Positions 38,996 through 47,517 of a stretch of DNA of 64,000 nucleotides are shown here, in pieces. The notes beneath the pieces are model-generated. The model saw nothing but the letters and a program-made list of their open reading frames with translations. It was not told the DNA's origin and did no database searches. Location: positions 1 through 64,000 of IMG/VR virus record IMGVR_UViG_3300021420_000001; one strand, given 5' to 3'. Positions within the stretch are counted from its first letter, which is position 1; every line of letters begins with the position of its first letter. Origin of the DNA: a virus. The position numbers and the translations under genes are program-made.

Positions 38996-39703
38996 TCATA
39001 TAACCTCTACGAGATTCAGGGCGAGAATGGATGCGAATTGCTGGCTCACAGAAATGTACTGGTTGGCCTGGAGACAGGCCTCAACGATCCAGCGATCTTC
39101 CATCGCCTCTTGGTCATTTATGAAAACCATCTGTTTGGGATCGTCAGCATACAAAGGCGCAACATCAAAACCAGAACTGATGAACTGATTTACTCCGTAC
39201 TCGTCGCGTAGCGAAGTCGAGATGACTACTGAATTATCCGCCGATGAGGGGCCATGTACATCCAGCTGGATTTTCCACTCGGTAGGCTGAAGCAACGCCT
39301 TCAATCCAGCAGCCATCAATTGACTAGACACAGTCTGTGAATTCGAGATCGAATAAGTCCCTGGACCACCAGACCCAGAAATGAACGCTGTTATCGTCAA
39401 CGAGCCCGTAGCAAGCCCCGTACCGAAGACCTGAGCACCAATTGCGATGGTCCCAGAGGCGACCGAACTCACGGTCATTACAGTTCCGGCTATCGAAGCC
39501 GTAAAGACTGTATCAGTATAGGTATCGACATTGGTCTCAAGACGCGTCTGGCTCAGCGGGGTCATCATCACGAAATCAGAGCCGACAGGCTCAGGAACGC
39601 GATTGACCTGAGACTTATAGATCCCAACTCCTGGCGGGAGAACAGCGGTCAGAAAGTTACCCAGGGCCGCAAAGACGTTGGCCTGATTAGGAGTAGGTAT
39701 CAA
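38996..39703 (-). CDS. tail terminator/neck protein with inserted S/T/G domain
   Basis: QVNRVPEP, RLETN, QLDVHGP, PLYADDP, EDRW; directly upstream of the sheath gene. Confidence 0.8.
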   Translation of the reverse strand: MIPTPNQANVFAALGNFLTAVLPPGVGIYKSQVNRVPEPVGSDFVMMTPLSQTRLETNVDTYTDTVFTASIAGTVMTVSSVASGTIAIGAQVFGTGLATGSLTITAFISGSGGPGTYSISNSQTVSSQLMAAGLKALLQPTEWKIQLDVHGPSSADNSVVISTSLRDEYGVNQFISSGFDVAPLYADDPKQMVFINDQEAMEDRWIVEACLQANQYISVSQQFASILALNLVEVI

Positions 39704-39888
39704 GGTAACGCCAACGCGAAGTTAATCAAATCAGCGTCGGCTAGATTCGTGTAGACACCTTGCGGATTGGGAGCCAGCACATTACCGACACCGTCAACCT
39801 GGATTTCGCTGTCAGCAATAGCGTCGATGAGGTCAGCGTTAGTGGTTGACTTCGCAAGGATTTGCGCACGCGCGGTTGCGACGTTCAT
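39700..39888 (-). CDS. hypothetical protein
   Basis: SD GAGG; overlaps the next gene. Confidence 0.6.
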   Translation of the reverse strand: MNVATARAQILAKSTTNADLIDAIADSEIQVDGVGNVLAPNPQGVYTNLADADLINFALALP

Positions 39889-39912
39889 GGAGACCTCAAA
39901 GGCTTTGTAAAT

Positions 39913-40004
39913 TGGTGCTTCCGGAACGGATTCGAACCGCCCTACAACGCTTTATCCGGTTCTGTCACGGACCAAGGCGTCGATCATCCAATGAGTTCGG
40001 AAGC
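39913..40004 (-). ncRNA. tRNA-like RNA lacking a canonical anticodon arm
   Basis: 7-bp acceptor GCTTCCG/CGGAAGC plus A-CCA, T-loop TTCGAAT, mini D hairpin with GG, long irregular helix in place of the anticodon arm. Confidence 0.75.
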
Positions 40005-40005
40005 G

Positions 40006-40422
40006 TTAGTAGGTCTGAGCCTGGAGCGCGGCTAGTAGCGCAGGAGATGAGCTATCGTTCTGTAAGACCAGAACCGCCTTTACCCAGTCAGGCCATTGTT
40101 CAGGGACAGCCGTGACGAGCCAGACCGTACCATCAGGGAGAACGATGACATCGCCGCCCTTGAGGGTGACTCGCTGGCCGGCGCTGATGACACCGTTGGT
40201 ATAAAGCGTACGGAGCGTGCCATTCAGATTGAGACCCTCGACCTGATGGAGGTCCTTGATCGAAAGCTCTTGCACCTGACCTTGAACTACGACCGGGGAA
40301 GCGTACTGCGGGGAACGGGAATAGTCAGCGTTGGTGATGCTTCCGGTACTAGAACGGACAATGATCGGGATTGGAGGGTTGACTGTTCCAACCATGCCCT
40401 GGACTAGTCCGTGCATGTTCAT
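40006..40422 (-). CDS. head closure (stopper) protein
   Basis: MNMHGLV...VNP, QVQEL...DL....GLNL.G, GGD...WLV..V.E.WPDW. Confidence 0.8.
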   Translation of the reverse strand: MNMHGLVQGMVGTVNPPIPIIVRSSTGSITNADYSRSPQYASPVVVQGQVQELSIKDLHQVEGLNLNGTLRTLYTNGVISAGQRVTLKGGDVIVLPDGTVWLVTAVPEQWPDWVKAVLVLQNDSSSPALLAALQAQTY

Positions 40423-40796
40423 TGGATAGCCGAAACGATCCCAAGCCTACGACATTCTTCCAAGGCTGCGTCAGCAGGGCCATTTATCCAAGATAGTTCT
40501 TGTTGCTCCTTAGTCATTCCTTCAGGTGGATTCATATGGGCAACAGCTTCACAGATAGGGCAATATTCTGTCCCATCCGGTTTCGCGCCCATAAGGTAGA
40601 GGCCTCCCATTTTCAATGCTTGACTAGTAATCATCCAATGACAAGACATTAATGGATCATAATCCGGAGTACCGCCTTTTAATTCAGTTACTGCATCAGT
40701 GATGGCTTCTTCACCACTCTTTGCCCCCAAATGGGATAGACCACGATTCTTAATTGCAGTCCGTAATTTATCCCAATGAGGTTGACATATACGCAT
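40419..40796 (-). CDS. hypothetical protein
   Basis: C..HW..LR.AI..RGL, YDPLM, CPIC; coupled. Confidence 0.65.
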   Translation of the reverse strand: MRICQPHWDKLRTAIKNRGLSHLGAKSGEEAITDAVTELKGGTPDYDPLMSCHWMITSQALKMGGLYLMGAKPDGTEYCPICEAVAHMNPPEGMTKEQQELSWINGPADAALEECRRLGIVSAIQ

Positions 40797-40800
40797 TCGT

Positions 40801-40995
40801 CTATCTTTCTGATACATAACCCTCAGTACAGAACGCGACCGTTACCTTTGGTGTTCGGAACCCAGCATCGATCGGGGAGTCAGGCAGGATCGTACCAATG
40901 AAACTCTTGGCATCGGTCAGACAAGTCATCCGGTCAATACGGGGTTCCGCAACGATTGTCAGGTCCGAGTAGATCAGGACCAGGATGAAGGTCAT
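40801..40995 (-). CDS. hypothetical protein
   Basis: ATGA-coupled small ORF. Confidence 0.5.
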   Translation of the reverse strand: MTFILVLIYSDLTIVAEPRIDRMTCLTDAKSFIGTILPDSPIDAGFRTPKVTVAFCTEGYVSER

Positions 40996-41234
40996 ACCAA
41001 CTCTGGGTTCAACATTTTCTCGAAGATCGTGATACTGGTCTTACGTTCGACAATTGGACGGAAGCGCCAATTCTGCCAAGCACGTCCAGACCCATCAATA
41101 TCAATACAACCAATTCCGTTTGTCAATGAATGCACCACGTAAATACGATTTTTGACCAGAGGATAGGTGCAATGCCATTTGTTCGCAGGCAGACTAGCAT
41201 CAACACAAACAACTTTCTGTCCAACATGGAACAT
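40992..41234 (-). CDS. small phage protein (F.VGQKVVC...RFRP type)
   Basis: Recurrent phage small-protein motif. Confidence 0.65.
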   Translation of the reverse strand: MFHVGQKVVCVDASLPANKWHCTYPLVKNRIYVVHSLTNGIGCIDIDGSGRAWQNWRFRPIVERKTSITIFEKMLNPELV

Positions 41235-41241
41235 GAGGCAA

Positions 41242-43674
41242 CTAAGCCGCTACCGGCTCCTCCAAAAGGTTTCGCTTGAGCCTAATGTTAGTCATTTGCT
41301 TGATCTGTTCTTCTGCTGCCGCACCGTAGCGATGACGAATCATACCTAGGTAGACGGGAGATGTGAAATACACCTGGAAAGCCATATCGCGGAAGGCAAG
41401 GACCTGTTTGGCCGTAAGACTCTGCGTACTCAACGGAAGACAATCTTCTGAATGTTGTGCGTAGCCGCTCCAATTCTTGGGCAGCTCAATCCCAGTCTTG
41501 ACGGCTTCCTCGTATAGCTTGGAGCCAGGATATGCCATTGCCGAGTAGAAGTTGGCGTACTCGGTGTTCAGTTCCATTGCCAGCCTCAACGTCGCCTGCA
41601 TAGAAGGATAGTCATCATCAGGAAGCCCGAAAATATAATTCCCAATGACATTAATACCGGCCCGTTGAATATTCCGTACAACATCCACAATGTCATCATT
41701 CTTGAGTGCCTTCTGGGCTCCATCGCGGACGTGCTTGGAACCGGACTCGATCCCGAGTGCTAGCCAGCGGAAGCCCGCCTGCCTAAGCATTTCCAATGTA
41801 TGGGGCTTGACGGTATCGATCCGCGCGTACGCCCACACATTGATCTCTTTGCCGAGTCCGGTCGCGATCAGCTGCTTGGCAATTGCCGTATAGTGACGTT
41901 CATTGAGCACGAACATCTCATCGACGATCTTGAAGGTCTTGACACCGTAACGGGCATTAAGCATGACCATCTCGTTGACGACTTCGGTCGAGTCGCGCAT
42001 CCGGTAAACGTTATTACCGAAAGGAGCCGATATGCAACAGAAACTACAATTTTTGACAAGAACGTTGTTCGCGTAAAACCATCCCGTAGCTGGAACCGTC
42101 AGACAGTAGACATCATGTACACCCTTCAGGGGCGTAACCGACACCACCCGATGATTGATCAGCTTCCCATCTTCCTGTTTATTTTTCCATGGATTGAAAT
42201 TACGGCGGCCTGCAAAATCCTTTGCATGCTTTGCCTCTACGCTTCGATAAGCCCGACCAGTCTCATGATCTGTCCACCAGCGACGTCTCACTTCTTCACG
42301 TTTTTTAGCTGCTATACGCAACTTCGCAATATAAGCAGGATCGGCTGCACGCTTCTGAGCAGCCTTACGATAATTTTCAATGGATTTTGCAGAACGTGTT
42401 AATCCTGTTAAGCCTTTTGTAATTTTAGCGCGCCATTCGGGGGTCATGTTTTTAGCGGGATTATTTGTTCGCATCCGTTCCCCAATTTCAGGATGCTGAG
42501 AAAAATGCTCTAAGGCTGATGCGTAATACTCAAGGTTATTGGGATGATCATTTGTAGAATCGTGATCTACGTGATGTACATGCTCTGTCTTTTTAAGTCG
42601 ACGTTTAATCAAATATTCCATGATCATCCGAGAACGGACCTGCCGCCCACGTCCACTCCAATTAACATATATACGTTCTACGTAAGAATTATACTCAAAT
42701 CGAAGGGCACGAACATGCGCACCCTCAACAAGATTTTGAGCTTCGCATGCCCATTGTTTTCCCTTAGCTTTTGTTTGCCCCCACTTGAACTGAAGGAACT
42801 TGTGATCAGGGGTACAATCAATATGGGTTCCATCATCAAAACGAACCCGAACGAGTTTCGACTTTCCATACTTTCGAATATGGATAGAGTCCGTAATGTA
42901 TGCTCGCTTTGATTCAGGATCAAAGGTGTATATAGGAACTCCCTTGTCACCAAAACGTTTTACGAGTTCTCGTATTGGAATATTCCCATAAATCGTATTT
43001 ACAGGAGTATCTCCTGCTAAACATTTAAAAGGGCAATTTAACGTGGTGTGAATAGAAGCGTACGGTTGGCGAGATGATCCGTCCAAAACCTGCCAATTGT
43101 GACTTCGGTACTTGTTCATTGGGAGCAAGTCCCAGGCGTTACCGTGCAAGTGCTTCATATCAATTAGAGGGGCGGACGGGTTGAGATAAACATTATCACC
43201 GTCACGCCAAACGAGGCCAGGGATGTCGTCTTGGTCTTGTCCCGTAAGCAAGCCTAAGATGGTAACCGGACCCTCACCAACACAGGCATAGTCAATCGAT
43301 TCCTCCTGCATCGTTCGCTGGGGAAGGGCTGAGACATGTCCGCCAACCATGATGATCGGAGATTCTACAGCTAGCCGTTTGATTGCTTTAGAAATAGCGC
43401 CAGCTCCTGGCATTTGTTGCGTAGAAGCTGATGGCTGATGCCCATAAGCTGCGATGCAAACTAGACGAGCCCGTGCCGCTAAGATGCAGGCTGCGACCTC
43501 TGAAGGAGAGAAACCTTCGGCTTCAGCGTCCAAAATCTTGACTTCAAACCCACGGTCACGAATATAGCCGGCGATCAGGCGTGCCCACATAGGGGGTTCA
43601 CAGGCGACGAGGTTCTGATCCAGGTCGCCGTAAGCAGTTGTGCTCGGCGGATTGACGATCAACAAATCAAGCAT
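41242..43674 (-). CDS. cobalamin-binding radical SAM enzyme (class B methyltransferase-like), intein-interrupted
   Basis: B12-binding N-domain (EPP, GGH, VGEG); CPFK|CSFC CxxxCxxC after intein removal; VDEMF, GIESG, YIFGLP, YPGS. Confidence 0.9.
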   Translation of the reverse strand: MLDLLIVNPPSTTAYGDLDQNLVACEPPMWARLIAGYIRDRGFEVKILDAEAEGFSPSEVAACILAARARLVCIAAYGHQPSASTQQMPGAGAISKAIKRLAVESPIIMVGGHVSALPQRTMQEESIDYACVGEGPVTILGLLTGQDQDDIPGLVWRDGDNVYLNPSAPLIDMKHLHGNAWDLLPMNKYRSHNWQVLDGSSRQPYASIHTTLNCPFKCLAGDTPVNTIYGNIPIRELVKRFGDKGVPIYTFDPESKRAYITDSIHIRKYGKSKLVRVRFDDGTHIDCTPDHKFLQFKWGQTKAKGKQWACEAQNLVEGAHVRALRFEYNSYVERIYVNWSGRGRQVRSRMIMEYLIKRRLKKTEHVHHVDHDSTNDHPNNLEYYASALEHFSQHPEIGERMRTNNPAKNMTPEWRAKITKGLTGLTRSAKSIENYRKAAQKRAADPAYIAKLRIAAKKREEVRRRWWTDHETGRAYRSVEAKHAKDFAGRRNFNPWKNKQEDGKLINHRVVSVTPLKGVHDVYCLTVPATGWFYANNVLVKNCSFCCISAPFGNNVYRMRDSTEVVNEMVMLNARYGVKTFKIVDEMFVLNERHYTAIAKQLIATGLGKEINVWAYARIDTVKPHTLEMLRQAGFRWLALGIESGSKHVRDGAQKALKNDDIVDVVRNIQRAGINVIGNYIFGLPDDDYPSMQATLRLAMELNTEYANFYSAMAYPGSKLYEEAVKTGIELPKNWSGYAQHSEDCLPLSTQSLTAKQVLAFRDMAFQVYFTSPVYLGMIRHRYGAAAEEQIKQMTNIRLKRNLLEEPVAA
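42049..43023 (-). mobile_element. intein (325 aa) with HNH endonuclease domain
   Basis: Block A CLAGDT, block B CTPDHKF, HNH VHHVDHDSTNDHPNNL, block F/G VYCLTV...FYANNVLVKN|C; visibly AT-richer than the flanks. Confidence 0.92.
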
Positions 43675-43799
43675 TATACGTTTCCATACCTGGAATTTCT
43701 CAGCATTTTGTAGCCAAGGATCAGCTCTTTAATTCCGGCATCGAGCGAGTACTTAGGTCGCCATCCAGTGGCTTCAATCTTGGTATTGGAGACAATCAT
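43674..43799 (-). pseudogene. displaced duplicate 3' end of the epimerase gene (41-aa mini-ORF)
   Basis: MIVSNTKIEATGWRPKYSLDAGIKELILGYKMLRNSRYGNV; 28/40 aa identical to the epimerase C-terminus. Confidence 0.85.
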
Positions 43800-44272
43800 G
43801 GATGCTTTTCCGGGGGCCAACGATTGCCACTTTTAATTGAACAAATATGTGCGTAATGAACTCCAAATCGACGGCTGAGCGCCATCATACCTTCTTTACT
43901 TGCCCTAATATAATCAACAATTTCCCACGTCAGTTTGGCTCTAGCATTCTGCTCGCCCGGTTGCGACTTAGCAGCGCCGTTTGTACGACCCTTACGAGCA
44001 CAATCAGACATATTATCCAAGTGCGTTCCTAAAAATAAATGACTTGGTCGAACACAACTTGGATTGTCACAGGTATGACAAACTTCTAATCCTTTTGGGA
44101 TAGCGCCAAAGTGCAATTCCCAACAAAAGCGATGAGCTTTCTTTTGTACGCCAGCAATCTTTATCGCCCCATAATCACCGTTCTTAGACAGATCCCAAAA
44201 CCAACATTTACGGGTCTTAATAACATGCCGCCAAAACCGTTGAACGGGAGTTTCGTCTGGCCAACGAGACAT
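43796..44272 (-). mobile_element. free-standing HNH homing endonuclease gene
   Basis: RFW...CWFW...YG...AHR, VCHTCDNPSCVRPSHLFLGT..DN; TAATG-coupled ATG at 44272. Confidence 0.9.
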
Positions 44273-45204
44273 TAGATATTTCCGTGAACCGTATTGCGAA
44301 GCATACAATAACCCTTAATCAATTCCTCAATTCCTTTGTCCAAAGTCCATTTTGGCCTCCACCCAGTAGCTTCAATTTTAGCATTTGAAACTACATAATT
44401 CCTTTTATCCAGGTCTTCTCCAATAGGAGATTCAAGGAAGACGAAGTTGGGCACGTGAGTCTTAATTCTTTCGCATAATTCGCGCTTAGACAGGTTTGCG
44501 TCGGATAAACCCACATTGTAAATCTGACCCTTCATCTTACCGAAACGATAGAGCCCTTGCAGGAATGCAGCAGCGGCATCTCTAATGTGGATGTAGTTGC
44601 GTTTGAAATCCGCCTCGAAAAGTACTACCGTCCTATCGTGTACGGCACGATATACAAAATCGTTAACCAGCAAATCGATACGCATACGGGGAGACATACC
44701 GAAGACAGTCGCGAGTCGGAAACTGATACTGTTCTCGCGTTCCATCACAATCTTTTCGGCATCGACCTTGGTCTGACCGTAAAGACTGATGGGCTTGAGT
44801 GGACTCTCCTCGGTACATTCCTTACCCGGTTCCCCGATACCATAACCGCTATTCGAGATCGGAATCAAGACAATTTGTTCTTTGCTCATATGCGAGATTG
44901 CAGTCTGGACGGCACCGACATTGGTACTCGTAGCCGCCAATTGATCTCGATCACAGAGTGGCGCACCGACAAGAGCGGCTAGTGGAATGAAGACGTCGTT
45001 GACTTTTAGCTCTGACTCCAGAATGCGATAGTCTCTTGCATCCCCATTGATAACTTCAAAATGGGGGCTGGAACAAAGGGCGTTTAGCGGGGCTTGGCCA
45101 AACAGAAAGTTGTCAATGACGGTAACCCGATGCCCGTCAGCAAGAAGGGCTGGAACGAGGATACTTCCGAGATATCCCGCTCCCCCGGAAACCAGTACCC
45201 TCAT
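44272..45204 (-). CDS. NAD-dependent NDP-sugar epimerase/dehydratase/reductase (extended SDR)
   Basis: GGAGYLG, YGQTK (YxxxK), RLATVFG, RNYIHIRD. Confidence 0.9.
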   Translation of the reverse strand: MRVLVSGGAGYLGSILVPALLADGHRVTVIDNFLFGQAPLNALCSSPHFEVINGDARDYRILESELKVNDVFIPLAALVGAPLCDRDQLAATSTNVGAVQTAISHMSKEQIVLIPISNSGYGIGEPGKECTEESPLKPISLYGQTKVDAEKIVMERENSISFRLATVFGMSPRMRIDLLVNDFVYRAVHDRTVVLFEADFKRNYIHIRDAAAAFLQGLYRFGKMKGQIYNVGLSDANLSKRELCERIKTHVPNFVFLESPIGEDLDKRNYVVSNAKIEATGWRPKWTLDKGIEELIKGYCMLRNTVHGNI

Positions 45205-45479
45205 CCAGAAACTCCCAAGAACTCTTCCTTTATGATTGAAGGTTCACAATGTCGACGCCTAATATCAAATCCGCGGCGCTTTGTTACTGTGACGAGAAAT
45301 TCTCGTGAACCAATATCATCACTAAACAAAAGCTCGTAAGGAGTCTCTGGAATAAATTCTTTTGTCTTATCGACATCTCGTATATCTAAGGGAAGCCACG
45401 CAGCTTTCTCCGTCTCAAAAAGTAGACAAGCCCGGACCCCATTATCATCATAAGCAAAAATGCTGATGGTACGCTTCAT
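45201..45479 (-). CDS. hypothetical protein
   Basis: ATGA-coupled; ATG 45479 preferred. Confidence 0.5.
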   Translation of the reverse strand: MKRTISIFAYDDNGVRACLLFETEKAAWLPLDIRDVDKTKEFIPETPYELLFSDDIGSREFLVTVTKRRGFDIRRRHCEPSIIKEEFLGVSG

Positions 45480-45523
45480 GCTACAACCCTCTTTATGCCA
45501 GCCCCGCCACTCATCAGAATACG

Positions 45524-45982
45524 TTATCGGGCACGCTGCGGTCCTTGATTCTGATCTTGGTATTTTCCGTTGTATGGAATTTCCGTTGGCCGATCTAACT
45601 GATGAAAGATAACTTGGGCAATTGCCCATCCAGGCTCCATTTTCAGTAGCTCAAGATTATGATATGTAATTTCAAGCGTGAGGTATCCCCGCCAACCCGG
45701 CTCCAACACGGTATTTTGAACCAAAAGTCCACGACGCGCCAAAGAAGATTTATCATGCACTACACCAACAATGTTATCTGGCAAATTGAAACGTTCAAGA
45801 GCTGATGCTAAAACAAAACAACCATTATACAATGTAATTTGTTCCGCTAAAGTTATATCTACGCCACAAGCACTAAGTCCTATAGAATTACCAAAACCAT
45901 CTTTCGACGATTCGTTAAGCGGACTTACTAAACCATTCCCACTTACACTAAACTGTCTGATTGTTTGGGCGCTAAGAACCAA
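45524..45982 (-). CDS. dcd: dCTP deaminase/dUTPase family protein
   Basis: KSSLARRG, VLEPGWRGYLTLEI, IAQVIF, YNGKYQDQ. Confidence 0.88.
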   Translation of the reverse strand: MVLSAQTIRQFSVSGNGLVSPLNESSKDGFGNSIGLSACGVDITLAEQITLYNGCFVLASALERFNLPDNIVGVVHDKSSLARRGLLVQNTVLEPGWRGYLTLEITYHNLELLKMEPGWAIAQVIFHQLDRPTEIPYNGKYQDQNQGPQRAR

Positions 45983-45983
45983 G

Positions 45984-47135
45984 TTACACCAATACCTTCT
46001 TCATGATCTCGACCGCCCGACCAATCTGCTCCTCTATTGGGTACGGGGCGCAGCCGATGAAAAGTCCACAATCGTGGATACGATCCGCATTCGGCGTTTC
46101 GGCCTGAGACCGCCAGGGAGCCCCATAGGCGTGCTTGAGGAACGAGCCCCCCGTCGGTAAGCGCGAGTCAATCCCCGCGTCAGCGAGCTCCGCAACGAGT
46201 CTGGACCGCATTTCCGACGAAGAAACGGTGAGGGGGAGCCCAAACGGGCTGGGATCCATGCTCCGGCTGACCGGTAGTTTGATCGGGAGGTCTTTCGTCA
46301 AGTCTCGGAACAGGGCTAGATTACGTTGGCGGGCGACGATGAAGCCCTTGAGCTTCTTCAACTGCTCCCGCGCGATAGCGGCATGCATTTCCAAGGGACG
46401 GAGGTTGTATCCGAAGTGGGTAAAGTTGTAGCTGTCCTCGAAGGTCTTCGGTGGATCGACGTCGCGGGTCCAACCATGGGCCCGGAGAATGCGACAGAGC
46501 CTAGCGCACTCAGCATCATTTGTAAGTACGAGACCTCCTTCTACAGCACTGATCTGATGCGAATGAAAGAAGGAGAACGAATTCATTAGGCCAAGGGTGC
46601 CACAGAGATCGTTGCCGTAGTAGGCACCCAGGCTTTCGCAGTTGTCTTCGATGAAGTAGCCACCGTGGGACTCGATTGCGACCTTCAGGAAGTTCAGTGG
46701 CGCGGGGTTGCCAAGAATTGAACAACCAACCACCAACTGAGAGCCAGTAACATCAGGTAGCCCAGAACACCAAGTATTATCGCAGTCCTCAATTTTGAGG
46801 CGAAGTCCCGCGTTAACAAGCGGAGCATACGTGGTACTCCAAGCTAGGGCCGGGACGATAACCTGATCCCCACGCTTGAGGGGGTGTTCCTTTTTGGCGA
46901 AGAGTGCCGCAACCATCAACAGATTGGCAGATGATCCGCTATTGCACATAATGCCGTACTTCATCTTGTGAAAGCCGGCGAACTCCTCTTCGAACTGCTC
47001 GACCTCTGGACCCATTGTAAAGCGGTCAGAGGCGATAACCCGATGAATCGCAGTCTTCTCGCGCTCGTCCCAGGACGAAAATGCGGTCGGATACCAAAAT
47101 CCCTTATTCCAAGGCTTGACTACGACGTCGTGCAC
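45984..47135 (-). CDS. DegT/DnrJ-family PLP enzyme, ColD/E1-type NDP-4-keto-6-deoxyhexose 3-dehydratase
   Basis: NSGSSANL, WSTT, EDNCES, SFFHSHQISAVEGG (His at the usual Schiff-base Lys position), HGW, GYNLRP. Confidence 0.8.
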   Translation of the reverse strand: MHDVVVKPWNKGFWYPTAFSSWDEREKTAIHRVIASDRFTMGPEVEQFEEEFAGFHKMKYGIMCNSGSSANLLMVAALFAKKEHPLKRGDQVIVPALAWSTTYAPLVNAGLRLKIEDCDNTWCSGLPDVTGSQLVVGCSILGNPAPLNFLKVAIESHGGYFIEDNCESLGAYYGNDLCGTLGLMNSFSFFHSHQISAVEGGLVLTNDAECARLCRILRAHGWTRDVDPPKTFEDSYNFTHFGYNLRPLEMHAAIAREQLKKLKGFIVARQRNLALFRDLTKDLPIKLPVSRSMDPSPFGLPLTVSSSEMRSRLVAELADAGIDSRLPTGGSFLKHAYGAPWRSQAETPNADRIHDCGLFIGCAPYPIEEQIGRAVEIMKKVLV

Positions 47136-47377
47136 GATGTCCTCTTACGTTTACGTTTACTATACGGTGCGGATTGACGCCGGGCTCTCTTTGGTCGAAT
47201 CAAAGCCTGAACCTTGGCTCGGGCTTCGTTCACACAAGGAATGCAAAAATAATGCGTAACCCGATTTTTGTCGCGTCGAACCCCGGCCATAGTCTTTTGG
47301 TGAATTGGACACCAGGGCACGATACGTCCTGAATTAAGTGGTGGGATTTCTGTAGGCTCCCACCCGGCCTTGGTCAT
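47120..47377 (-). CDS. small basic Cys/His protein
   Basis: CPIH...CIPC; basic tail. Confidence 0.5.
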   Translation of the reverse strand: MTKAGWEPTEIPPLNSGRIVPWCPIHQKTMAGVRRDKNRVTHYFCIPCVNEARAKVQALIRPKRARRQSAPYSKRKRKRTSCTTS

Positions 47378-47517
47378 CTCTAAATCCCCTTAGCTGGCAG
47401 GGTCGGCTATGACCATCACCTTAGCCGCCGTGAAGGGGTAGTCGGTATTAGGCCGTAAATCCGGGTTTCATTTCTAGGCTGGTGCCTCCTCTGGTTGAGG
47501 GTGGGAAGGTCTGCAAA

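Noticed and set aside
39913-40004. Canonical tRNA-Pro(TGG) using CTTGGTC as the anticodon loop
   Set aside because: The flanking bases do not form a 5-bp stem, position 37 would be a pyrimidine, and the long-helix fold pairs far better.
43674-44400. Group I intron carrying the HNH gene
   Set aside because: ORFs overlap at every junction, leaving no room for a ribozyme core, and the upstream gene is already complete.
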